Shown here: piece by piece, positions 22,775-36,005 of the stretch | Layout of the letters: every line of letters begins with the position of its first letter | Numbering within the stretch: the first letter of the stretch is position 1 | Origin: Octopus sinensis | Taxonomy: Eukaryota | DNA: 64,000 nt | Assembly (NCBI RefSeq): GCF_006345805.1 | Contig: NC_043000.1 | Location: 58,094,001-58,158,000, forward strand | Direction: 5' to 3' | Position numbers and translations under genes: made by a program | Notes under the pieces: generated by a model | Told to the model about the DNA's origin: nothing | Databases searched by the model: none | What the model saw: the letters and a program-made list of their open reading frames with translations, nothing else

Positions 22775-22926
22775 ATCCGGTTGGGGTGAAAGAGTACAAC
22801 AGGGGTCCCCCCCCTACTGGAGCCTTGTTGAGCTTTAGGTGTTTTCGCTCAATAAACACACACAATGCCCAGTCTGGGAATCAAAACCATGATCCTTCAA
22901 CTGTGAGTCCGCTACCCTAACCACTG
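22775..22926 (-). mobile_element. tRNA-headed SINE 5' half abutting element 1
   Basis: Minus strand CAGTGGTTAGGGTAGCGGACTCACAG...GGTTTTGATTCCCAGACTGGGC tRNA-like head, truncated at the element 1 boundary. Confidence 0.6.
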
Positions 22927-23879
22927 TGTCTGTGTTTGTCTGCCCCCGTACCACTCGAGAACAAGTGTTTGTATGTTTACATAATTGTTAATTAGTGATT
23001 TAGCAAAGGAGACTGATAGAATAATTACTAGGCTTTAAAAAAATAAGTCTTGGGATCCATTTGTTCGACAAAAACCTTTCAAGGTTGCACTCCAGTATGG
23101 CCGCAGTCAGCTGCCTGAAAGAATAAAATGAATAAAAGTAAAAAAAAAAAAGAATGAAAGACAAGAATATAAATAAGCATATATATAAATATAAGGAATA
23201 TAAATAAGGAATTTGAAGAAACTGTGAATGAAGATTCACTAAGATTCTGCTAAGGTTTATGGAACCACCATCATCACAACTACCACCACCGCCGTTACCA
23301 CCATCATTATCATGTTTATGGAACTGACATCTAAAATACTACAATGATCAATGTCATACTCAATAATGTCATCATTAATATACAAGTTGACACCAGTAAA
23401 CAGTTAACTTCAACTGTTATGCCTCAGAATTTCTGGATTTATTTGAAGAAACCAAACTTTAAAATGTCTAGTCTCAAACTGAAAAAGTTTGATGGAACAT
23501 TTCAATGAAAGGTTGAGAAAGTTTGATGCATTAGTAAAAACTGATAACAGAATAAAATTTTCTTTTTCTCACATTTAGTAAAACATTATGTGAATACTAT
23601 AAAATAGGTGTAAAGGAAAGGATTTGTACAGGTTCTTAACCAATACAAATGTTGAATTAATATTTCATTCTTTCTGGTATAAATTACTTTTTTAAACTGG
23701 GTTTAAATAGGGTATATAACCAGATAGAAATGTGTTCTGAGGCAAGAAGAAATGAAGACAATAATTGTACTAACAGCTCTTTTTAGATGGTTATGAGTTT
23801 CCTGTGGAATTAAAAATAGCCTGCATCAACATCATCATCAGCATCATCATCAACATTGTCACCACCACCACTACCATCA

Positions 23880-24055
23880 CTATCATTTAATATCACTTTT
23901 TCTCATGCTGACATGGATTGGACAGTTTAACAAGAACAGATGAGCCAAAGGACTCCATCAGGTTCTATGTCTTCTTCAGCTGGTTGCCCTTCCTAATGCC
24001 AACCACTTAACACAGTGTACTGGGTGCTTTTTGCATGGCACCTGTATTATGTTAT
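23880..24055 (-). mobile_element. SINE-like family B, minus strand
   Basis: CAGCTGGTTGCCCTTCCTAATGCCAACCAC motif and (CAT)n tail. Confidence 0.7.
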
Positions 24056-24467
24056 TATTCATCAAAATGATGTATGCATCAGTGCTAAAACTGTTGAAAG
24101 CCAACCTATCAATGTAGATAAGTTTTATAAAATTGGTTACAGCTATAAAGCATGGCAACCAATCACACTAAGTCTGTGTTAGAAATTGATGAATTGTCAT
24201 TATTTTTTAGATATAGACTCACAAAGGAGATTATATTACCAGTGCATTCCTTATTCATGAGAATTATGGAGGTTCACTCGCCAATGTATAAAATACAATT
24301 AAAAGAATTTCTTGAATTTGTCGACTTCTATGGGCAATAAATTGATTGTTATTCGGACCCCATTCTACCACTTGTACCACATCAGCAAATTTGGAGTCAC
24401 ATTTTCATGTGAGACCTAACAGCAAAAGGCATTTGTGGATGTCAATATCAAAGCTTATAGTAAGGTG

Positions 24468-24670
24468 GCAAGCTGGCAGTGATGTTAGTATGCCAAGCAA
24501 GATGCTTAGCAGCATTTTGTCTGTCTTTATGTCCTGAATTCAAATTCTGCCAAGATCAATTTGCCTTTCATCCTTTCGGGGTTGATAAAATAAGAAACAG
24601 TTGAGCACTAGTGTTGATTTAGACAATTTACCCCCCCAAAAAATTGCTGGCACTGTGCCAAAATTTGAAA
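24468..24670 (+). mobile_element. SINE family D (Meta-domain-like)
   Basis: GCCTTTCATCCTTTCGGGGTTGATAAAATAAG motif. Confidence 0.7.
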
Positions 24671-25023
24671 CCAGCATCAAAGCCAGTAGTCTAGTGGAAC
24701 AGATTTATGATGTCACAAAGGTTATCTTAACAGATGTAAATAAAAACATAGTCATTCTATATCGTATTTATCAAGAGTATTAACACAGATGAAACAAGAT
24801 ATTTAAATATTAAGAGGAAAGTATTCATGAGTGTAAAGAGTAATCAAAGATCATGGCATTTTCTGCTTAACCCAAAATTTAAATTGGTTTCAGGCCATGG
24901 GCCTCAAGACATTATTTTTGGAAAAATGTAACAAAGCAACTGCTCATATTTTAAGATGAGCTTTAAGACATCACTTGATACTGAAATAGTTTATGTAAAA
25001 GTATCTAAAAGAAAAAAATGTGA

Positions 25024-25268
25024 AGGCGCGTGGCTTAGTGGTTAGGGTGTCAGCATCATGATTGTAAGATTGTGGTTTCGATTCTTGGACCGAATGACGT
25101 GTTGTGTTCTTGAGCAAAACACTTCATTTCACGTTGCTCCAGTCCACACAGCTGGCAAAAATGAGTAACGCTGCGATGGACTGGCGTCCCGTCCAGCTGA
25201 GGAACACATATACCATAGAAACCGGGAAACCGGGCCCATGAGCCTGGCTTGGCTTTAAAAGGGCGCAT
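25024..25268 (+). mobile_element. SINE family C, young-looking copy
   Basis: GGCGCGTGGCTTAGTGGTTAGGG A-box, GGTTTCGATTC B-box, TTCTTGAGCAAAACACTT motif; many CpGs retained. Confidence 0.85.
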
Positions 25269-27109
25269 TAATTTTTTTTTTTTTAAGTATCTAAAATACT
25301 ACATAGTGATGCATTATCATAATTAGAATTTATTAATGATGTTGGTTTGACTGAATGTGATCAGGATGATGATGATGATTTTTAAAATCAATTTTGTAGA
25401 GACTCATGATGTAAACATAGCATATTTAGTTTACTGTAGACTAGTATTGCACCCTAACATTACCCAGCTGTTATGACCTACAGCTACATTGTATTATTTG
25501 TTCCCTTCTTATGGGCAGAGTCAGCATAAGAGGAGTATGAAGCAAACAACTCTTCTCTATAAACATGTTTTTCACTCATTTTCTGATGAAAAACGCTGCA
25601 GTTTCCATCTACCAAATTCAGTTACAAGTCTATGGTTGGCCTAAAACTATATTAGAAAACACTTGCCGAAGGTACTTTACAGAGGAAGTGAACATGAAAC
25701 CATGTGGTTGGGAAGCAAGCTTCTTAACCATACAGTCATTCTTGTATCTAATATGTGTATGTGTTTATATTTGTTGTTAAATAGAGTATTGTGTCCCACT
25801 ATGTCTCAGAGTTAGCAGTTCAATATCTTTGAAGTTTCATTCTCTGGTAAAACAACTTGCATTTTAAACATTTTCTCATTATGCTCTATCTAAGACATAA
25901 AAATTGTTCAGGCAGAGTTGTCTTCCCTACCTTAAGACCTCAAAATTGTGTGATCAAAACTCATTTCCGAGGTTATTTTTGTAGTAAAAAAGAGTTGTTG
26001 TGCAAAGAACATACTTTATTTGGCAGCTGAAAATTTACTGAATCTTTTGATACATCATACGTCAAAATTGGCAACTCAGTTTTTGAATCCATAAGGCACA
26101 CACACACATGTGCACAAATGCCGTCTTATATATATAGATGATTTTAAATAATAAATGGCATAATTAAACATGTGTTTGTATGTGATTTTGTAGTTGCATT
26201 ACAACTACAAGTTTCACCATAAGAAGGCTTTTTGGTTAATGTTCCCTATTTCAGCTTTATATATTTTTTCTTTAAAAAGAAAGAATAAAAGCAAATTGAT
26301 TTATGCTATTTAAATTTTTGAGCCTGCATTCTCATTCAGTGTTATGTTTATGGTATTTCTGTACCTGTTCACTTATATGTTTTGATGTTTGTACATGCCT
26401 GTTGAAATGTGTGTGTGTATGAGGGGGGTGCATGCCTCTCTGTTAGCATATATTCTTGAATGTATTGTTGTGTATGTATCTGTGTGTCAGTTGCAATGTA
26501 GATGTGTGTGCTTTTGTAAGTATATTTGGACAGACTGGTGGCAGTAACTATGTGAATTTATTAAAAAAAAAAAGATTATTTCCTTCATGGGTTTTTGAAA
26601 ATAAACTATTTTGGGGAAAGAATATAATTTTCACATAAAAACCATTTTTCTTCCATTCTTTTTCTTCTTTGATAACTTTATTTAGCAACTGCTACCAGGC
26701 AGTCTGAAGAGACATACAAATTGCTATATTTATAGTATGCTATTGTTAATATGTAAATGTATCTAGTCAACATCTGCACACTTTTTCTATCTACCCAGTC
26801 ATTGTTATGCTAATATTGTTGTGGTATTGCTTGCATGTGGTTAGGACTGTTTAAGGTGACTGCCTGTTTTATGTCAGGAACAGGGTTTTTTTTTATTATA
26901 TATTTTATGTTGTACCATTTGGATATTATTAGTGAAGTGTGATAGCCAATTTTTACTGATGTTTGGGATTTTGAACTTACACACTCTCTGACTTACCGTT
27001 GTGGGCTTATTTAATAAATGTAAATCCAATTATTGGTGATGAAGAGTTTGTAATTCAACTAACAACACTAAGATGAAGTCCAATAAACATTTAAATTTTT
27101 ATAATGCTG

Positions 27110-27324
27110 AAGCAGAAGAAGAAGAAGAAGGAGGAGGAGGAGAGGAGGAGAAGGAGGAGAAGGAGGAGGAGGAGGAGGAGGAGGAGAAGGAGGAGAAGGA
27201 GGAGGAGAAGGAGGAGAAGGAGGAGAAGGAGGAGGAGGAGGAGAAAAAAGGAGGAGGAGAAAAAAGGAGGAGGAGGAGAAGAAGAAGAAGAAGAAGAAGA
27301 AGAAGAAGAAGAAGAAGAAGAAGA
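27110..27324. repeat. ~215-bp (GAA/GGA)n polypurine tract
   Basis: Seen directly; source of the poly-E/R/L ORFs at 27073-27345. Confidence 0.95.
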
Positions 27325-27420
27325 AATATGACTCATGCAGTCTAACTCAAACTGCTTATAGATGACACTGAGTTTGAACTGGTTCAGGCAAAATTCTTTG
27401 CATTATGTGGCATTATTTTT

Positions 27421-27930
27421 GAACCTGAGGCAAAAACAAGAAGATCTACTAAGACTCAGTGCACACACACTTCTTGTAAATTCTTTGCAATCATATATGA
27501 CTCAAAAGCGGGATTTATAATTTTTTTTATTAAAAGAGTCAGTTGTGTTCAAAAATAAAGATTTTTCAATTATCTAAGAACTTCACCTTAAGCATCCATC
27601 TTATATGTAGTTAGCCTTGGCATCAATGCAATCATTCTGTAGCCTCCAACAGTTCAAAATCAATCATTTAAAGGTTATTCAAAGACATATCGGCTCAGAC
27701 AGGTTAGAATTTCTGGACCTGAGGCAAAAATAGGGAGAACCAGCTGATGATTTCCTACTAAGACTCAATGCACATGCTTCTTTATGTAAATTCTTTACAA
27801 TCAAAGATGGCCCAGAAGCAAAGTTTACAATTTTTTTTATTAAAAGAATCAATTGTGTTCAGAAATAAAGGTTTTTCGATTATCTAAGAACTTCACCTTA
27901 AGCATACACTTCAAATGTAGTTAGCCTTGT
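27421..27930. repeat. Diverged tandem duplication (~200-bp copies, ~300-bp period)
   Basis: ACCTGAGGCAAAAA...CTACTAAGACTCA.TGCACA...TTATCTAAGAACTTCACCTTAAGCAT...GTAGTTAGCCTTG at about 27421-27620 and 27716-27930. Confidence 0.75.
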
Positions 27931-28899
27931 TGTACAAGTGCATTCTTAGCAAGCTTTTGCTCTTGGATCAATAATAAAGCTAAATTCTAATACAGTAGTA
28001 TTGTACACTACAAGCAAGGACTCTTGTGAAGGAAAACTTAGCAAATAACAAGTAACTGAATAAAGATAGGTTAAAAATTGCAGCATTTGTGGATTGGCTC
28101 AAGTATTGTAATCATTATATTCTTGTAGGTCTTATCTTGAATATGGAAAAGACGTTTCTTAATTGTAGCAAATTGAGCCAGTTCAGTAAATTTTGCAGGT
28201 CAAAAACTATTGTATTCTGCCAAGGCTGCCCACAGCGATAACTTTAAGGCTATTGATTCCTAAACAATCTTCTAATGAGGAAGTAACTTTGAATATTAAT
28301 TATGAAACAAATGATGTTTACACTATGATGTTTACACTAGGGTAACAGTAAATTTAATGGACACCTAGTTCAAATGTAATTGGATTCTGGTGCAGTATAC
28401 TGCGAATCTGGTTTTACTGCTAAAAAAAAGAAAAATTATTAATCATCAAACCTACTGACAAATATTTAACTTCTTATGATAGCTCAAAACTGATGATAGC
28501 TTTGCTTGACTCTTGAGATAAAAAGAAAAAGCTCTTTGGTTTTGTTGTGGTTTAATAGCACTTACAACTTTGAATCACTTAATGCACATATTCTAAAAGT
28601 TATGTTATATTACTAGGCTTCTGATAAAAGGCTAAAATTTCACTCTCAAGTGCAGTTAGAAATAAAAGTTGCTCAATACACTCAGTTCCAGTACACATGG
28701 AAAAAAAAAATTGAAAATGAACTTCACAATCTTGAAGCGATGATAATTGTAGCTCCATGTTTGCTTGAAGATGTCGGCAATGCATCACCAGTTGTGAATA
28801 AAAGATGATAAATTAAGAATGCACAAAGTACATTTAAATTATAAGATTACAATTTTGTCATTTGGCTTTCAGTTTAAAGCAGTGTTAAGTGATATGTAA

Positions 28900-30540
28900 A
28901 GAGCAACATTTTTTTTCCCTCAACTGACTTAAAAAGTGTCCATATCGGCAGATTTGTTTGGATGAGAACTCTAATGGCGTGTGTGCAATAAACATGAATG
29001 CAAGTAATGCTCTTTACTTAGACTTCAGATGGGTCTCAAAAATAGCAGTTCCATTTTCCAGCATTGTACAGAGTATATACTGAAGGAAATTAATGACATA
29101 ATTATATATCAGGACAACATACTCATCATTGTAACAACCCAGAATAAATTGAAGAATCGAGAAAATGCAGTTATTGCTAGACTGAAAGGAGCCAATGTAT
29201 TGATTATCTCAGATAAATGCATTAATCATGCATCTTCCATAGATTTCCTAACAATGAATATTTCAAAGGACAGGCTCTTAGCATCACATAGTCTAATAAG
29301 CAAAATTTAAGGGACTAGTGTTCCTAAATCGAAAAAAGTAATTTAAAAATATTCGAGATTAGTAAACTATTATTACCAGTTTATACAAAAATTTTCAAAC
29401 TGTTTGACTTTATTTTTTTTTCAGCAACAATGAATGTCCATTCATGGGAAATGTAGAAGAACAGCTCTTTGGAGAGATTACAGAACTTCTTACAAAATAC
29501 CGTTTTGGTAACATTCTTTACTAAGTCTGAAATAACTCTTACGCTTGGTGCTTTTGAATTTGCTGTAGCAGGAATAATGTCTCAAAATGGATCTGTAAAT
29601 CATATATTTGTTAGTACTCAAAACAATTGAAGCAATTTTGAATGGAAGCATATGCAGTAATATGGTGTACAGAAAGTTTGAAGCATTTTCTGTTAAAGAA
29701 ACCTTTCACATTGGAAACTGATCACTGGCCTTTGCAAATCAATTTTTCAAAGGATCTTGAGGCTTCTAGGGAAACTTTTCACTTGATTTCCAGATGGGCC
29801 TTAAAATTATCACAATGATTTTAAAATCATGTGATGCTAGTACTCATAGAATGTTAATGCCTAACTCTGTCAATTTTGACTCAATGAATTATATTCTGTT
29901 ATAAGTAATAGTAAATTAATCTTAGCTGATGCAGTTGAAGCCATCAGAAATCATTTTAACACATGTACCTCTTTGTTTACTTAAAGAATTGCATTGCTGG
30001 TCTAGACAGACTGTTTTAGAATGACAATTTGTCATATATCCTTTTAAACTAATAGCAGAGAATGATTTTATCTTTAATAAAAGTTGAGTGTTCATTCCTG
30101 AACATATTGTGCAAAAGTTCTTTACATAATTCATGACACTGAAAAAAAAAATGCAAGGACTTGTGTTTGGTGACCTAATCTTGTCCTAAAGAATTTGTCA
30201 GATCTTGTGATATGTGTGCACTAAAGCCAAATTTCAAGATGTACTATGTACTGATAAATGCCTGGAATCACAACCCTTTGAAAGAATACATATAGACTGG
30301 AGATATTAGTACAAAATGCTGGGAATGTGTTGAACACAGCAGATGCAGCCACTGTTTAAACTGAACATTTTTGTCTCAGTAGAAGCTCAGTGTGTGAGGA
30401 AATATTTATTTTTCATTTTTCCCTAGATTTCACATCCAACGACAGTAAATCAAACTGACTAGTTAATACGAAAGTTGAAAGTACTACATACACTTCAAAA
30501 TCTAATGGTGCAGCAGAAAGAACAACAAAGTTTATTTTTT
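28900..30540 (+). pseudogene. Gypsy/Ty3 LTR retrotransposon pol relic (RT, RNase H, integrase)
   Basis: MGLKNSSSIFQ...IIYQDNIL (RT), TLETDHWPL (RNase H), PFERIHID and SNGAAER (integrase) in Gypsy order; many stops; no LTRs found. Confidence 0.8.
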
Positions 30541-31699
30541 GAAACTTTACTGTCCATCAATTGTAAAGTTTGATGAGTTTTTGTTAAGGTCCTTTTCAGT
30601 GATCACAGTGAATTTGGTGTATGCATGTTATCTCCAGCTGAGTAATTAGTTGACAGATAATTAAGAATAGCAATAAATTCTTAGATAAATAGTTTGTTAC
30701 AAAAACAAAATGAAATTTCCTACAAATGCTTGTTATTTGATTCATCCTGGCAAAATCACAACCTAGATTAAGCAGGAAGATGAAAAAACTCAGCATCAGT
30801 TGAACAAATAGCTCCTAAATATTCCTGCTCAAGCACATTTGTTAATCATCAATGGTTTGACATCGGTAGTTTCACCATCTCCTGTAGAGCTGATGTTGGT
30901 CAACCACACTACTTCCTCCAGCTACTACTGCTGCCTCCAAACCCTCCCTTATTTTCAGCAATACTAAATCATGCTCATCCTCACAGCAACTAAATGAATA
31001 GTATAATATCACCACATATAAGCTGTAGAACTGAAAGAAAATTTGGAAACCACAGAATTTCATAAATCTATACAGTAATTTTATGAAGTCTTTTAGATTA
31101 CTTGTATGTTGTTAATTGCCATTGTATATTACAAATGAATATCTTACCATCACCTAGTGAAAAGTGAAGAAATGATCCTCTGACTCTGTTCTACAATTAT
31201 AGATTATTATTTTCTTATCAAGGTTGAGCATCTCTAATTATATGGGGAAAGTGAAATTGGTTTTTACATAGCAATGACTGTTTTTTTTTTCTCAAACTGG
31301 TTTGTCTATCTGAAGATGTATTACTACCTGGAATAGAAAATGGACTATAAACAATTCATTTTGCTGGGAAGTTATAGTGTTAACAATACTTAGTTTTGGA
31401 TAAAGAGTATAAATCTATAGAGTCTAAATCTTACAATAATTCTTGGTGTTGAGGAGTTTTCAGGAGAACTACACATTATATGGTGAAGAGAATAATGACA
31501 TTAATGTATTTTTGCTTTGTGAAGTAGCAGATTATCGAAATGTTTGCTAATCAGCTCAGATTTTGGTTACTGTTACATCACTGATAGTAATTTCATATAA
31601 TTCTTTAAAACAGTCATATTTCTTTGTAAAACTACTGTTATGTAAAATATGATTTTGATAAGACACAAAGCAAGTATTTTGCTGAGTAGGCATTAGGGT

Positions 31700-31900
31700 C
31701 ATCATCATCATCATCATCATCAGCCTTTAACATCTGTTTTCCATGACGACATGGGCTGGATGGTTTGACCTGAGCTGGTAAGCTGGGAAGGGCTTGGTTT
31801 CTACAGCTGGATGCCCTTCCTAATGCCAACTGCTTTACAATGTGTGCTAGGTGCATTTAACATGGCACTGCACAAGCACTTTTGCATGGCCCCAGCAAGA
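31700..31900 (-). mobile_element. SINE-like family B, minus strand
   Basis: (CAT)n tail plus CTACAGCTGGATGCCCTTCCTAATGCC. Confidence 0.7.
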
Positions 31901-33239
31901 TTACTTTTTATGTAATACCTGCACAGATTCACTATGGTGTTGTTATTGTTTGGTCCCAAGTCATTCCTGAGTGAACAAGCATATGATGAAAGATGTTCCA
32001 GCTGTGACTACCCAATCTTTTATTGTTAAGATTGCAGCATGGGATTTAAAAGAAATGTAATTGCTATTTGTAACAGATTAGATGACCATGTAAGAATTAC
32101 AACATGTCTGGTGATTAGGATCCTGTAAGTGTGTTACTAGTATTAAAAAAGAAAAACAATTTAGGCTGTTGTTTCTAGCAAGTCGAATGACCATGTAGTG
32201 TCTCCCTCAGAAGCTTAATCAGTACATATGTGATGAAGATAATTCTACTAAAAATGCATAAACAACATAAAATAGTTTGCTGATCCAGCCAATTTGTTTC
32301 TCTTACAAAAGACTAATAAAATTAATTAGGTGATCAGATGCATATGAGAGATATTGCCATAATATATAGGTTAATGAGATGTTCTTATGAAATGAGGAAT
32401 AAAATAGCTTCTTACAGCACTAAGGAGACTGATGTGAGATAACAAATATGAAGACTGTTAAGAAGCAGTCAAGTACTTAACTCTACATAATTAACTTCCC
32501 TTCCACCAAATTTGTGGCATTGTGCCAATGCTAGAAATCATTAATTATTGTTGTAATTATTGCTGTTCTTGATTTCATTCTTGTTACTGTTATACTTATT
32601 TCTGTTGCTGTTAAGCTTGAGGTCAGCCTTGATCAAAAATATAAATCTATAATCAAAGACACTCCAGCTGCAACCATCCTGTGCATTTACAGGCATGTAA
32701 GAATGCATTGTCGTTTGTGTCCTTTTCGTAATTATAATTGTAGGATGTAATTTGAAGGAATTTGGTTGCTATTTCTAGCTAGCCAAATGACCATGTACAG
32801 TCTCCCTTGTTAGCTTCATTAATTGTTTGAATGATGGAGTGTGACACAAATGATAGAAGACTGTGGGCTTACTGTGTATAGAGTATATATTTTCATCTCT
32901 CACATTCTCAATTCAAAACTCAATTGGATTAACTTTGCTTTACATAATTATAAGAGAGAGAAGGACTGCTATTGATGGTATTAACTGTAATATCATGTCT
33001 GGTAGTCATTTTGCTGAACACCCTTCCTGATATGCTTTAAAAAAGTTGAATTAAATGATATCAGGAAGAGATTATGAAATAAGTAACAAACTTAATGCTG
33101 TATACAAGATACCACGCAGTGGGACTGAACCTGAACTGGAACCATGTGGTTGGGAAGCAAACATCTTACCACACGGCCACGCCTTCACATGTACATACAC
33201 ACACACACACACATACACACACACATATATATATATATA

Positions 33240-33276
<37 letters not shown>

Positions 33277-33451
33277 TAGATAAGTTTCTTTACTGGCCAC
33301 ACAGGGCTGCACACAGATGGGACAAGTTACAAGGTAGAGCTTTTCTTTTGGGGGATGAAAAAAAACAAAAAAACAAAAAAACAAAAGAAAAGAGAAGTGA
33401 AAAAAAAAGAAGAAAAAAGGGGGAAAAAGGGGGAAGAGGAAAAAAACGATC

Positions 33452-33504
<53 letters not shown>

Positions 33505-35529
33505 ATTTAATTTTTTAATGTTGAGGGTGCTTTAGTTCAATAATATATCTTTCTAGGTATTTCCTTTTTATTTATTTTAGTTCTCATTTTTTCCTAAGCC
33601 TGGGAAATGTAAGTAGGGGGTGCAATATTGACTTTTGCACCCCAACAAAATTTTAGGAGGTGCAAATTCACCCCCTGTTTCCAGGTCCTTGTTTATGTGG
33701 CACCATCACCAGTGCTTTTGGGTGTTAGAAAATGAAATGTGGGTTGGGTAAGAAGGTTGATGGACAAGCATTAACAAAGTGGTCTTGCCTCACAGACTAG
33801 TATTATCATGGTGGTTTTAAGATATCAATTCTGTTGAGGTGGGCAGGTCTTCTTGAGTACAACAACGTGCTATATATCTTGGTCCTTTGTCATCTCCTTT
33901 GTAAGGTTCAGAATTTTGAGATTGGCCTTCAGTTCTTCATTCCATGTCTTCCAGGGTGTTTCTCATCTTTATATATGACATATATATGTATATGAGGAAT
34001 TATCTACTCCTGTACAATATTTTAGAAAAAAAATTATTGGGTAAATAATTTGAATGAAGTGTAAATACTTCTTATTTTGCTACAGGGTTTCAAATTTATA
34101 AAGGAAGATAAATCAGAGGTTGTGATGTGCATGCCTTTGCCAAGGCAAATAGTCATGCTGAAAGATGAGAAATTGCTTTCAACTCGGAAGGTGTTTAACT
34201 CTTACTCTACAGCTCTACTCACACCACTGTTAGTAATAATTCTTGTAAACCTAATATGGAACCACTCAGCTGTTCTCTTTGGAATGTCTTTGAGTTTATG
34301 TAAACCCATCTATGAAACATACAGTTGTGATGTAATGGTATTTCTGTTATAAACATTGCTGACTGGCACATCTGTGAGTGAAAAAGAACTTGTTGGAGAG
34401 ATGGTTTCTTGACATCAACAAGTGAAGCAGAGGTTTTGCTTACAAGGAACAGATGTTAAAAACTTTCCCCTGCCAATACTTCTGTATACAGATACTTTTT
34501 GAAAGATGAAAGCGTCTTTCATAAAAGACAGCAACATCAGTTGGTCAAACAAACTAGTGTTGATTGTAGTGGTGGCTCTAGTGTCAATAACTGTAACAGT
34601 GATGAAATGAGGGTGGTAGTATTAATGATATGGTGGTAGGTAATAGCAAATGTAACTAATTGAAAATGAACCAATACCTCTGTACATGATTGCTTAATAC
34701 TGGTTACTGTTAGTGATATCAGTATGTTTCAGTTGTAAACAGTGTCTTATCACAGTATAAATAACATTATTACCAATACAAATGATGTTTGGTGGTATAC
34801 CAGTAGAAACTATAAGTAATAGTATAAAACATCATCATCATTATCTTTCTCCTCCTCATCATTGTTTTGTTGTCATCGTCATCAGCATTGTCATCATCAT
34901 CATCATTATCATCATCATTGTTATCGTCATCCTCATCATCAACAGCAGCAGCAATCTCACTAAGTATAGTAAAGTTATATAAATAATGATTGGATGCTAC
35001 CCCATGCTAGCTCGTCCAACCCATGCTAGCATGGAAAGCGGGCGTTAAACAATGATGATGATGATGATGAATGGTATTTTAGCATTAATGTTCATGCCAA
35101 TGTTGTTGCTATTGTTGTTAAGTTAGGTTAGTTCTGATTGGATGGATCATTGATCAAAGGTTTTGCAACCATGACCATCCCATCCAGTCTTTTATTTAGA
35201 CTCAGAATATCTAAGACCATGTTAATGTATTCTTTCTTTTAAAGCGAGTAAGGTGTAAATTGTGGGCAATTTGACAGCTATTTGAATAATCAAGTAGAAG
35301 CTTCATCATTGGCTTCTTGTATTATTGTTTTTGTTTTTTGGAATATGGAGATAAAGTTATTGGCATTAGGAAGGGTATCCAACCACAGAAACCATGCCAA
35401 AGCAGAGAATGGAGCTTAGTGCAGTCTTCTGATTTGCCAGCTTTTGTCAAACTGTCCAATTCATGCCAGTATGGACAGAAGATGTTAAATGATGATGATG
35501 ACAACATTGAAGTTACAGTAATATTTACA

Positions 35530-36005
35530 TCAATGTGCTTAGGGCAACAAACTGGCAGAATTGTTACTGCACCAAGTAAAATGCTTAGCAGTATTTAGTT
35601 CTGAGTTCTGAGTTCAAATGCTGCCAGGGTTGACTTTGCTTTTCATTCTTTCAGGGTTGATAAAATATGTACCAGTTGAGTATTGGGGGCGATGTAATTG
35701 AGCAAATCTGGCCAAACTATCACTGGTATATCCAGACACTCAAAGTTTCATTTCCATAAATAGAGCAAATATTTCTTGCTGCTCCCATTGCTGAAGAGTC
35801 CATTTTGAATTCATGCAACCTATGCCGGTGGCACGTAAAAGCACCCACTACACTCTCGGAGTGGTTGGCGTTAGGAAGGGCATCCAGCTGTAGAAACTCT
35901 GCCAGATCAAAATTGAAGCCTGGTGCAGCCACCTGGTTCACCAGCCCTCAGTCATTCGTCCAACCCATGCTAGCATGGAAAGCAGACGTTAAACAATGAT
36001 GATGC
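35530..36005. mobile_element. Composite: family D SINE (+), mariner 5' fragment (-, 35705-35820), family B 3' part (+)
   Basis: The middle segment is the reverse complement of 43235-43350; flanking SINE motifs are present. Confidence 0.65.

Noticed and set aside
34086-34352. 88-codon frame after a good acceptor (TTCTTATTTTGCTACAG)
   Set aside because: No convincing donor or recognisable domain; not distinguishable from chance without expression data.
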